Source: Amoebophrya sp. A120
Taxonomy: Eukaryota; Protista; Dinoflagellata
DNA length: 64,000 bases
Direction of reading: 5' to 3'
Assembly: GCA_905178155.1 (NCBI GenBank)
Contig: CAJINV010000003.1
Location: forward strand, 6,508,570 to 6,572,569
Each line of letters begins with the position of its first letter. Positions within the stretch are counted from its first letter, which is position 1. The position numbers were made by a program, and so were the translations under genes. Shown in pieces: positions 23,701-34,200 of this stretch. The notes beneath the pieces are model-generated. The model made no database searches. It saw only the letters and a program-made list of their open reading frames with translations, and had not been told where the DNA came from.

Positions 23701-25893
23701 GGCTCCGTAAAGAAGTATCGGCCCGGGCGTATTGCCTTATTTTCCCAATGGCGCCGCCTGTGGATCCTAGTCGAGCTCGTCAATTTTTGTTCGCCATCGG
23801 TCAATTTCGTCATCGCCAGGAGCTCGTTCTCGTGAAATGAATCCGGCGTTTTTGAAAATGAATCACCCGAAGTTAGTACTTCAATACCTTATCTTAACCT
23901 TTCCCTCATCTAATACCGTACCCCCCAACTGCATTCCTTCGCTTTGTTTGCGAAGAAGAGTCTACTGCTGAGCCCTGAAGATCGTCTACCCATCTACTTG
24001 CTTCTCTTCAGGCCAAGGACCTCGCCATCGCCGTGGAGGAGTTTGCAAAGGAAATGATTCAGCACCTGAACGAGGAGGAAATGGCGATCGTGCCGTTGCT
24101 AAGCATTGCAAAAACGTCTGGCTCCGCCGGGTCACGGCTTGTTACGAGATTCGAACCACCCGACACAGATCTGCAATCCACGAAACGGAAAGAACGAAGA
24201 TGTGCCTTGTTTTGTCAAATGGCAAGCCTGTCTGCCACACGACTTACGTGTCATTTCGCAAAAAGTGTTCATTTGTCATGCTGCCCTGCCGTGCAGGGGA
24301 CCGGTCGGAAGTGCAAGTGTCAGCACGACCTATTGCCTAAAGGTTTATTCCGGACCCAGACTGCTCAGACCTACTCGCAGTCGATAGTTGCTCCGCGCTC
24401 ACACCACGCAAAAGGAGGAGGCCAAGACCGTGGACAAGATCGTGAAGGGCTTGGGACTGGGTGGCGCGAAGATGGCGCTTCTATCAAAATTGAAAATTAT
24501 GCGATGCCCCCTCCGCATACACAGGGTGAGATTTGCATTTGTGTGGAATTATTTGCTTACACAAATCACTCTGGACGGTAAGAAGCCATGGTTGGTGGAT
24601 GCTAAGCCTGTGCAGCAGGTAGACTCCTAGCTGTTCCGTACGATAAATCCTTCACTTCCACTGTACTCTCCCGAGGAGTTCAATAGCAATAGAAATTGCT
24701 TGCAAAATACGACAGAAATCCGTCGGGCCTCCTGTATGCAGTGCGAATTTATTGCATACACACATGGCGCATCACAAGTGGCTTCTTCAGTGCTAGGAGG
24801 GGGTAATGTTCTCCACAATAGCTTCCGTGGATTATCGACGCAATGGACCAATACGATCCGATATCCCCAAAAAAAGTGTGTATTCGCTGCAGGAGCCTCG
24901 ATCTCGATTTCTTCTGGTTGATGCAGCTTCAGCCGTAGGCTCTACTGCGAGAGTCAGCCATCTTCATGCGCAAGAACTGGAAAATTCCACTTGATTTGCT
25001 TGCAAAAATAAATAGCTGTGATGCTGCTCGTCCAGCGCGACAGGTGATTTTTGCTGTTTCGATGTATGGCATCTGTGCAACCCAACACATTTACACGCCC
25101 GTTTGTCACACGTATAATCGACGCCGGAAAAGAAGTTCAAGAAGGAGTTCCACGCTTCCCTGCCTCCGCCGTACGAAGACGGAAGATAAAGTCCCCTCCG
25201 TCCTGTGTAGGTTGTTTGTTTGGTCATACGCTTAGCCTCTGCGATTCCAAACCCGTACGCAAATCAACGTTTTTTCATCAAGTACTAAAGCGCACGCAGA
25301 ACTCGTAGTCGTACTGCCACTCTGGCTGGTTTTGCGCCAGGTGTTCTAGGTGGTCGGCAAGGCGGACGTTTCTGCTGTAGGGGTGTTGCAGGTGTGTCTC
25401 GGGGCGTCCCACGCAAGGCACACGTTGCATAGTTTGCAAGAATGAAGAGCTACTTGAGATTACAAATGATCCTTCCAAAAACAATTGCAATTTTTGTCTC
25501 TTCCGGAGTGTGTGGGGCTTTTGAATTTCCATACACGGCTCAGAATGTTCATGAGCTGTTGCTGGAACGGTATAAAGTACTATTTTGCCGGTTTTCGATA
25601 TTGGTTTTTCAAGCACCAGGTGCAGGTAGAGGTATCAGGCAGGATTCTCAACATGATTTACCTATTTCCAGTGCGGCTTCTGCCGGCATGTGCATGAGCA
25701 TGCACGAAGTGATGGCAACTTACTTAGTCATGAAAGAACGAGGAGACACAGGGAATATCCTAGTGGACGACATAGGAAAATAAATCGGTACTTACCAATA
25801 ACAGGTGCGTACAACAAACGCAATAAGGCTGTCATCACGGCGCTGAAAGCGGGCAACTCGATCCGGGTTTCCAAGGGATGCTGTTGCTGCTGA
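20720..25893 (+). CDS. Hemerythrin/HHE cation-binding domain protein, 10 exons
   Basis: Spliced product reads ...FLIPHSVAR...FVHHHHRNEETIYFPWL...SEQHDDL...QHLNEEEMAIVPLLR...ALPWII...LPPPLR...GCCCC*. Eight element introns plus one GT-AG intron (22122-24011), all joining in frame. Confidence 0.85.
20889..21110. mobile_element. TIR introner, family D
   Basis: DR cgcaa/cgtaa; in-frame join. Confidence 0.85.
21217..21513. mobile_element. TIR introner, degenerate
   Basis: DR actat/gctgc decayed; join KNY|CFVHHHH. Confidence 0.65.
21616..22006. mobile_element. TIR introner, degenerate, D-like
   Basis: DR accgc/cttgc; join LPP|RISEQH. Confidence 0.65.
22374..23928. mobile_element. 1555-bp GC-rich insertion flanked by 43-bp direct repeats, inside a GT-AG intron
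   Basis: Repeats at 22331-22373 and 23929-23971 (2 mismatches); subterminal IR tattagatga/tcatctaata. Confidence 0.8.
24100..24386. mobile_element. TIR introner, family B
   Basis: Perfect DR gttgc; join VPL|LRAH. Confidence 0.8.
24482..24820. mobile_element. TIR introner
   Basis: Perfect DR gcttc; join MAL|PWII. Confidence 0.8.
24862..25116. mobile_element. TIR introner, degenerate
   Basis: DR tccga/atcga; join YDP|TPEK. Confidence 0.65.
25172..25533. mobile_element. TIR introner, degenerate
   Basis: DR cgccg/cacgg; join LPPP|LRMF. Confidence 0.65.
25571..25800. mobile_element. TIR introner, degenerate
   Basis: TAT...ATA ends; DR aacgg/acagg; join WNG|AYNK. Confidence 0.65.
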
Positions 25894-27142
25894 AGCGGTA
25901 TAGAAGGAGGTTTACGGATTCGATTTTTTGTAATATGGAGTACGATTGGGATTGAGGATGACGGTATATTACAGTTGCCCGTGAAACGGATATTTTATCT
26001 TGCGACTCGCTTCTTTTGCAATGTCATACTCTTCTTGTAACGAAAAAACGAAAGAAGTACGTAAATAATTTTTAAACGGCACAGGAAACAACAACTGCAC
26101 GAGCGGGACGGCTGTGCAGCTGGAATTATTCCAGAGGTAATCTATGCAGATTGCTGGATGCAGAAAGAGGAACAGCGCAAAGGACACGGGAGCAACCTGC
26201 TGGCATTTGTGACTGGAAATTGGTTCTCAAGCTCATTCATATCTATTTAACGCTCTTCCTAAGCCTGAATTGTTTGTGTTTCCGCCACATTTTACTGATT
26301 GTGATTCAAATCATGAGGTATCTTCGAACTGCCTGTAAGATTCAACCGTCTCTAGAAAGAAAATTGATTGCGCGACCAAATGTATCTGTATTCACGGTTT
26401 GTGTTTGTCGTCCCAGCAGGATTGTCAAGAAGATTCCAACGAAGTTTCGATGCATTTCATGCGTGCGCAGCGTGCACAGTCTCATATTTATTTCGGAGGT
26501 AGTCACCAATGAATTATTTCTTGTTTTGTACTAATGCTGTCCGTTGGCCATGTTGGTTTTCGTGTTGTAATGCGCCTGTTTGTTGTCATGGCGATGGAGC
26601 AGACGAAGACATGAATGAACTCCTGGCATTTCACGACCACGTGGATCGTGATGCTATTTCCCCTTTACACGAGGACTACAGTAGAAGTTACTGCACAGAA
26701 CTAGCAAGTAACAGCATCGCCGTATCACCGTCGATAGCTCTTTTGGCAGCTTCGGAGCAGATGTTTGCAGAATGTACGTCCCAGGAAAGTGGGCGGCAAA
26801 ACGAAAAAAGACTTGCTGTATGTAGCAAAGCAGCACTCGGCCCGGGCCCTGCTCACAGCAGGGAAGAGGCAGGCGAAGGCAGAGCTTGTTCAGCACAACA
26901 CGGCGCGGGGTTTGTGTTTCCCACAGGAGAGGTGGGTTTGTGTTGCTTGTACTTATCAGCGGGACTTCTTCTGGTTCTGGTTCATCCGTTCTTGGCTAGT
27001 CTATGGGGTTCAGAGTTTCACTTCAGTTGCTTGGAGTAGCTCTACAATTTATTTCATCGGTTTAATACGAAAAACGTAAGCGACCCAAGCGAAAGTGTAC
27101 AAACAGGAGCGAATTCCTTCTCGTGAAAAGGAATCGAAAAGG

Positions 27143-29635
27143 ATGTTGGCAACGAGGCTGTTGGCTTTTCTGATGACCCTAAAGAGGGTTCGCGGCGAAT
27201 CTGCGGTCGTGAATATTGAGAGGAAAAAATCCCCCTCCCCATATCGAAAAGGTATGCTTCTGAAAATTTGTGTTGCTGATTTGAGGTCACAAATCACATT
27301 TGTCTTGCAAGAAGACAAGGGCAGAAGCTTCCGCCCCATTATGGAAGTTATTTGTCATGCTGGTGGGCCTCAAGGGGAGCCGTTTGCAATGCTGAGCACC
27401 TAGACCCATACGCCCCTACCTAGCCTGGGGATCTGGCCGCAATGCCCTCCTGCAATACAGAGCTGATTTGTGTACGCAAATCCAGCATCAGAAATTCCGC
27501 TTTGATATGGGGCGGGGGGATTTTTCCTTTCGATAGTGAACAAAGGAAGGGCACCTGGAACAACCGTGATTGTAGCGGGTGCGACAGGCCGCACCGGTCA
27601 GCTGATTTATGAGAAGTTGCGGACGACCTCTGAGCCGCATCTGCAAGTGCGCGCGTTGGTGCGAAGTCGCACAAAAGCACGAGAAGTGCTGCATTGTGAC
27701 AAGTGCGATGCCTCCGAAAACATTTTTGTGGCAGACATCACCGACGCCGACGGTTTGGAGGCATGCGGAGTTTTTGATTCCGCATCTGTTTCGGGATCAA
27801 TGATGCTGGTGATCGCGACAAGCGCTGTATCCTGTGTAAAACCGTCCTAGCTACCTACCTACCTACCTACCTACCTACCTACCTACCTACCTACCTACCT
27901 ACCTGCAGAAAGTCCTCGCGTTTCTCTTAAACTTGGACACTAAAACTGCTCTGTGTTCAAGGATCGCTCTGCATGAGAACTGCGTTGCGCTTCATCGGGT
28001 TATAGAGCGCGTCTTGCCTCGACATGCAAGTTTCGTATGTATTCAATAGAAGCTAGTGCTAGGCCATTATTATTTTTCTGCAATTGGGACGCTTCTGCAC
28101 AGCATGATTCATCCCGAAGTGCAAGGAACCGTTTACCGGGAACCCCTCGGATTGCGTGTATCCGCCCGGCGGCAGCCCGCGGGAAGTGGATTGGAATGGC
28201 GGACGCAACCTTATCAAGGCTTTTGCGCGCAGGTCAAGCGAGAGTAGCATCAAACAGAGAAGCGCAGCGAACGAAGACCGAGCAGTTGCTGTTTCTGGGG
28301 TTGCGGCAGAATCCGCAGCTGCAACCGAGTATCCCAGAAAATAAACGAGAAAAGAGCTTTGACAGCAGGCGATGCAAAAATAAAAAAATGATCTCCGTTA
28401 CATATTCAAAAAGTAAATCAGAAGCGGATGTCTTTATCCTATTTCTTTTTGCATAGAATAAACTACAAATAGAAGTTCTTTTCTCTGTTCGGATAACGAG
28501 CGATCTGTCGTCTTGATTTCTGCGATGGGGACCACCGAGCCGGCGTCGTTTCTAGACAAGCTTGGCGAGGGATGGATTTCGTTTTACAAGCTCAATCTGG
28601 AAGCTTTCTTGAGTTCCGCGGGCGTACGCAATGTGATCGTGAAGCCGTGTGGACTAAAGGACGACATCGCGGACAACAAGTATGCCAGGAAAAAACTGAT
28701 TTCGTCTCCTAAACTGCTAGAGACTCTGGTCACGAGTCAGCAATACTCATCAACGATAGCCACGCACGACATCTGTAGCGCGTCATGAGTAAGAAGACGC
28801 ACGCAGATCTTTGATGCAATTTGTTGCCGTCCTCGACATGCAGGAGTAGCAGCAAGAACAATGGCCCATTGTTCTTGCTGCTACTCCTGCATGTCGAGGA
28901 CGGCAACAAATTGCATCAAAGATCTGCCCTAGTTTTACAAATGGAGATAGTGTAGTCGTGTCAGTTTTCTTGCGATAACAGAAACCTCAAATTTATTACC
29001 GGCCACGACGACGAGCATCCGGTTTCCGTTTCTCCAATCGCTGCCACGAAGAAAACGGGCGTACCTACCAGTAAAGAGACTCGCGTGAATATCAGAGAAA
29101 TACGTGTGTAAAGTGTATAACGTATTGTGTCAGATTCCGTGCTGCAGAGGCTGCAGCATGCAAGGAACAGTACGCCGCGTGGCAATCACACGTACCTCGT
29201 ACCTTGCCGCTGGAAATGACTTTTTTATAATCAACGCATTTTGGATCGCCTTGCAGAGTACATATCAACACGGGAACCGGCCTGCCGGTGTTCTCTCAGT
29301 CTGAGAGTGGTGCTGTGGTTCTTGTTCTTTCTCTTTGAAGTATTACTCCCAGATTGCTTGTTGGTAATTCCATGCTGGGCAGCCATTTTGACTGCATACG
29401 GATGACGAGGAACCAACTAGCAGACTTGAGCATTGCAGCTGTGCAGTGGCTGAAACAGCACGACGACCCGGCGGGGTACGGCACCAGTCGGCGATTTGAC
29501 GTCTGCACACAGGATGGAGCGCAGCAGGCGAGCCTCGTCGATGTTGTGAATGCCGCTGGCTGGCCCTGGCAAAATGACACTCCGGAAGACCGGTTGCGCA
29601 CCAGCTCGCAGCGCAATGCTGAACTATTCAACTGA
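27143..29635 (+). CDS. Signal-peptide-bearing NAD(P)-binding Rossmann protein (atypical SDR, NAD_binding_10-like), 6 exons
   Basis: VIVAGATGRTG, VRALVRS, LVIATSAVP, PREVDWNG, VVLISAMG, YKLNLE and IVKPCGL. Five element introns are removable in frame. Confidence 0.85.
27214..27535. mobile_element. TIR introner, family A
   Basis: Highly similar to 11316-11638; perfect DR gtgaa; join AVVN|KGRAP. Confidence 0.92.
27828..28106. mobile_element. TIR introner, family D, containing a (CTAC)n tract at 27851-27904
   Basis: tatcctgtgtaaaaccgtcc / ggacgcttctgcacagcatg; DR fully decayed (cgctg/attca); join TSAV|PKC. Confidence 0.75.
28330..28495. mobile_element. TIR introner, short
   Basis: DR ccgag/acgag; join ATE|RSVVLISAMG. 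Confidence 0.8.
28681..28977. mobile_element. TIR introner containing a perfect 125-bp palindrome
   Basis: tatgccaggaaaaaactga / tcagttttcttgcgata; DR acaag/acaga; join DNK|NLKF. Confidence 0.8.
29090..29398. mobile_element. TIR introner, degenerate
   Basis: TAT...ATA ends; removing element +5 nt gives RVK|TRNQLAD. Confidence 0.55.
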
Positions 29636-31295
29636 TACCGACGTGGGTCGCTTTATTTCACAGCGTGAAAACAAGAATCGACTCGAGCTGAAAAGGACTT
29701 CGAGTCTTTAGGCAAGAAGTAGTGCGAATCAGTTTTGAAAGTAGTCATCGAGCTGTCAGTTCATAAATTGTATAAATTACGCATGTACAACAGCGCAAGT
29801 AGAAAGGCAAAGGAGCAAAAAAAACAAAAAAGCATTATGGGACGAGATGACAGTTCGATCAGAATTGATGTCATTTTAGCAAGACGATGAAGATGTAGAC
29901 TCGCTTTATGTGTCTTCGACTTTTTTTTTCTGCGCGGTTCTTACTTCCCGCAGATCTCAGCAGGTGAAAGCGCTCTATTTTGTCGATCTCTTTACTCACT
30001 TCTTCGCGACAACGCGTAGTTCAACTTCCTGATGGTGACATTCCCCACGCGCGCGTTTTATTTTCAGTATGGCAAACGGACGAGATCTGTGCTTTGCAGA
30101 AGGCGAGAGTGTTGATTATTTGTCGTCTCTTCTGCTAGCCTTGCCTGCCATATCTACTACTAAGCGCAAGGCGGATCCAGTAGTTTAGTCTACTGAGCGA
30201 AAGGCGAGTATAGTTTAGTATAGGACTGAAAGGCGGGCTTGTAGTTTTTTTTTTTCGTGCTGGAACTGTCTGGTCCCTGCCCAGCGGTCAGTAGAGATCA
30301 AATGGCAGATTATATATAATCCCTCTCGCAGGTCTTGCTCTTGGCCTATTTTGATTCCAGTTTCGTGTACTTTGTGTTGCTGTAATTCTGTTGTTTCATC
30401 GCAATACAAATCGCCATGCAATTATTAAGTGACCTTTTTTTGATTTTTTTCTAGCTGCGTATTAGCACCTGCGCGTGTTGACCGCCGAACAACACTGGAA
30501 GGCTCGCAGTCCGTCTAGTCGAGCACCTAGTGCAGAAATCTCATCTATAGATATTTTTTTATACGAGTATTTCACGGTAGCTACAGCCCGACGCGCGTGC
30601 GGAACCGCAACAGGGTGGGAGACACAAAGTCATGGCGCTGTGTAGCAGAGGCCGGTCGTTGGCCATGGTGTCCATGATCATAGTTGGATTCTTAGGATGG
30701 CCTCTGATCGCGCATGGACGGATGTTTGCCCGGGTACCGGCCGGTTGTATGGGAGTGAATCGAAATCGAACCACCGCGTTCGCACTGCCCTTGGGATGCT
30801 AACCCGTTGTGTCCTTGCATTTTGCATTTATTTTCGTGTGTCGCAGTAAAAGAATGGAGCAAAGGTGACAAGCAAGCAAGAAGTTTAAGAAAAATCATGT
30901 CCCGAAGGAGTTTCACTGAATGTTGAACGTCTGACCTCGCAAACGCATCATGGAAAGCACGAATGAAAAACATTCGCCTGCAGCTGTGCCTGCGAACGTG
31001 CTTGCTGTATGGGGCCCTTTGTAGATTATGCCCAAGCCCAAGAGCGGGGAATCATTTAGCAGATACATCACAGATGAAGCTGCTCGAACGTTCCTCTGCA
31101 GCAGCCTCTCTTTCATGTTGAAAGTGGGTTCTTCGAAGAGAGGTAAATAGAAAATAACTGGAGCGGGACCTAGCAGGCATGCTCTTTTACGTACTTGATT
31201 GCGCCAACCGTTAAATCTTTTGCATGAAACTGTGCAAGACCTGCATGATTATGCTCATGTGCGAGACCTAGACCGCACCTTCTCGTATCTTCTTC

Positions 31296-34200
31296 TTGTT
31301 TACTCAAGGACTACCAGTGCAGGGCGTGGTCTTTCACTTGATACGCTCGGGCGGCGGCGCACAGAGTCGTAGTGGCTCCCCAGCATCGTCGTCGGAGGGT
31401 AGCTCCTCCACAGGTGACACGAGCTCAGGCAGCGCCCCGGGCCAGCCACGAAGCAGTCGCACGAGCACGGAGCAGACGACATTGGAAGACGGCATCGTGG
31501 AATTTCTAGAAGAATCTCTGTGTTTCAAGGACCCCCTCCAGAAAGAGTGCTGCAACCCCTGCTGCGGGGCACCGAACGGGGATACGCTCAAGCAGGCCTT
31601 CAACCCCGGGGAAGAGTGGGGTTTGCTCCCAGCCCGTCCCCCCTGCGATCGCCGGCCGAAAGTAACACGGGAACAGCAACATAGTGCGCTGGTCGGGGAG
31701 CCTACAACTGTCGTAACACCTTGAAGGCTGATCTCACGCGACCCTGCGTAAGGGAAACGACGATGGATGAGTACAAGTTTTAGGTTCGCGCCATGATCTG
31801 CACACGGACGTCAGTTGTGCGTGTCGCTACCAGAGGCTGGTGTGTCCGACTACTCAGATCAGGAGGACTTTGCAGTTCGCCTGGTTTTGTGCAAGAAGGT
31901 TACTGGCCGTCTAGTGTAAGATTTCGCTTGCATGCATGAGAAGCGACACTTTCTCCATGCTTCTAAGTTTAGTAATTGATGATGATGGTATCTATAATTC
32001 TTGGTATAGATGAAATGCTTTTGCTGGAAAACACGTTCATCATCTTCCTCTTGCGTTTCGGTGGCGAGGACAGTTTTCATTCCGATACTAGGCCGAAGAC
32101 CCGGGCCGCCACGTCCCTGGGAGCCGGCGCAACCAGGCCTTGCCGGCGGGCGACCAACCATTTTGCCCTGACTTGGACCTCTGTGGCGAGGACCGGCTAC
32201 CTCTCTTATGTTGCGGTCGACACCACACCGTGTTTCCGTGCGAGAATATCAAAGTGAAAAAAGCCCCCACCCCATACTGAAAAGACAATTTGTGATGCTG
32301 GATTTGTGTAAACAAAAAAAGCTCTGTGTTGCAGCAAGAGCTCGTCGGCATATTCTAAGTCCATTTGGTTACGCATCCGGCTAGGAGCTGCGCATGAGAA
32401 ACAAGTCTGACATAGGCGAAAACGTATGACAGACTGGCTGCACAATGCGCCACATGGGCGCCGTTTGCCTTGTACGCAAGACAAAGCTGATTTGTGTTCA
32501 CAAATCAGCATCAGAAGTTTCCTTTCCGATATGGAGAGGGGGGATTTTTCCTCACAATAGAGAACTACTGCTGCGGGTTGACGCTCAGTGACATTTCCGC
32601 GGAGCCGTATTCGCCGAAGCCGCAGTGGCGGTGCCCGGGATATGACAATGAAAAATGCCCCACTCCAGAACGTGGCAGCATTTGTATTGCAAACTTTTCC
32701 AATTGTAGAAACATTCCCCGTCTTGCATGTATCGGCATCACAAATTTTCCATGCTATATGGATCAAATTTGTGTTGCAAAGGAGCGCAACAGCAGCCGGA
32801 TCTGTTATGCAAAAGATACCTTACGGGCCTAGGTTCTGCATCAGAAAGGCTCGTAGTCCTTTCATGCAAGACAAAAAGCTTTCACTTGGAAACTTTGCAT
32901 GAGAAACTTTTGCAAATTCCGCGGTGGGGGCATTTTTCATTGTAATGCGGGAGCTTTCGAAACCTGTCACAGCAATATCGTGCAGAAACTTTTTCCCAAT
33001 GCCAGCCCAGCCTACGCCTCTTTCTCTTTCATGAAAAAGCAATGCTAATGCCTTGAGGAGGCGGAGGCCACAAAAAAACTTTGCGAGGTTTTTCTTGATG
33101 ACGCAATTTCAACACTAAGCGTAGGCAAAAATATGGACTCCTTGAGGTGTGGGTGTGCCTAACTGATCGAATAAGTAGTAGGCACATAACAGGCATATAA
33201 CAAGCCAGGACTACACAAAAGATAAATATGACCACGGGCAGCCGGCCGGTATTAATTCGTTTTCCTGTGCGATATGCGAAGAGGTGCTCAAAGAATGCTT
33301 CGCGGACGGGGGCTACCTCCGAAAGGCTGCCTGCACATGCCCCTGGGGGATCGGTGGTTCCCAGTACGAGGCCATGTCGCCAGTATCCGACGACGAGGTT
33401 GCACGGGATGCGGAAAGTGGCGCTCGACGTAGACCCCGACCAAGTATTTTTATTTTTCTGTTGTTGTAAGTAAGTGGATGCGGATACTGATACTTTTTGT
33501 TGCTGGCGGGTCGATTTGTTCTTCAGCGCTAGGAGCTCCTGTTTCTCGTCAGTGACAGTCTCGAGCATCTTCCAGAACGGGTCGGTTTTCCGAAGCGTTT
33601 TACTACGAAAATTGATATGATTTTTCAAGCCCTTTTTTATCGTCATGGCTTCAAGATCATCTACCTCATGGGGAACTGTGAAGCGCTGAGGCTGACGTTG
33701 ATGGTGCACCATTTGCAACTTCCTTGAGACCTCACTGTACGTGATGACAGAACAAGATGACTGGCCGTGCAGTATGCTCAATCTTGTGCGAGCACCTCAA
33801 CCATCGCCTTCCTCTCTTAACAACTACAGGACCGCTCCTCAGTGGAGCAGCATCGCATCGCACCGCGGCAGTGATGCCGCGCGGCTCCGTATGGAGAAAA
33901 AAAGCCGCCGCTACAAAAATCCTTAGCAAGATGACGATGAGATACTTGTCTTGCACGTCGACAACTTTCTGTTGTATTGTAGCAGCGCAAGGATACAGAA
34001 ACTATAATCAGTATATGTTTTTCAACAACAACGAACATACATGCAGTCATTCAATGAATGCAATAGAATATACCTATGCTTTGGTAGTAATGCATGGTTG
34101 GTCTTGTTTTTCGTATTCGACAAAAAAGTTGTTACAGTGACACCCTTGTAGTTGCACCAACTTCAGCAACTACACAGACTTTCTCTGCATCACAGAGGGA

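Noticed and set aside
22746-23840. Overlapping Arg/Pro/Gly-rich ORFs as a transposase
   Set aside because: GC-rich non-coding insert with no recognisable catalytic motifs.
33029-33781. 250-aa minus-strand ORF
   Set aside because: Overlaps + strand exons and introner sequence, and has no recognisable motifs.
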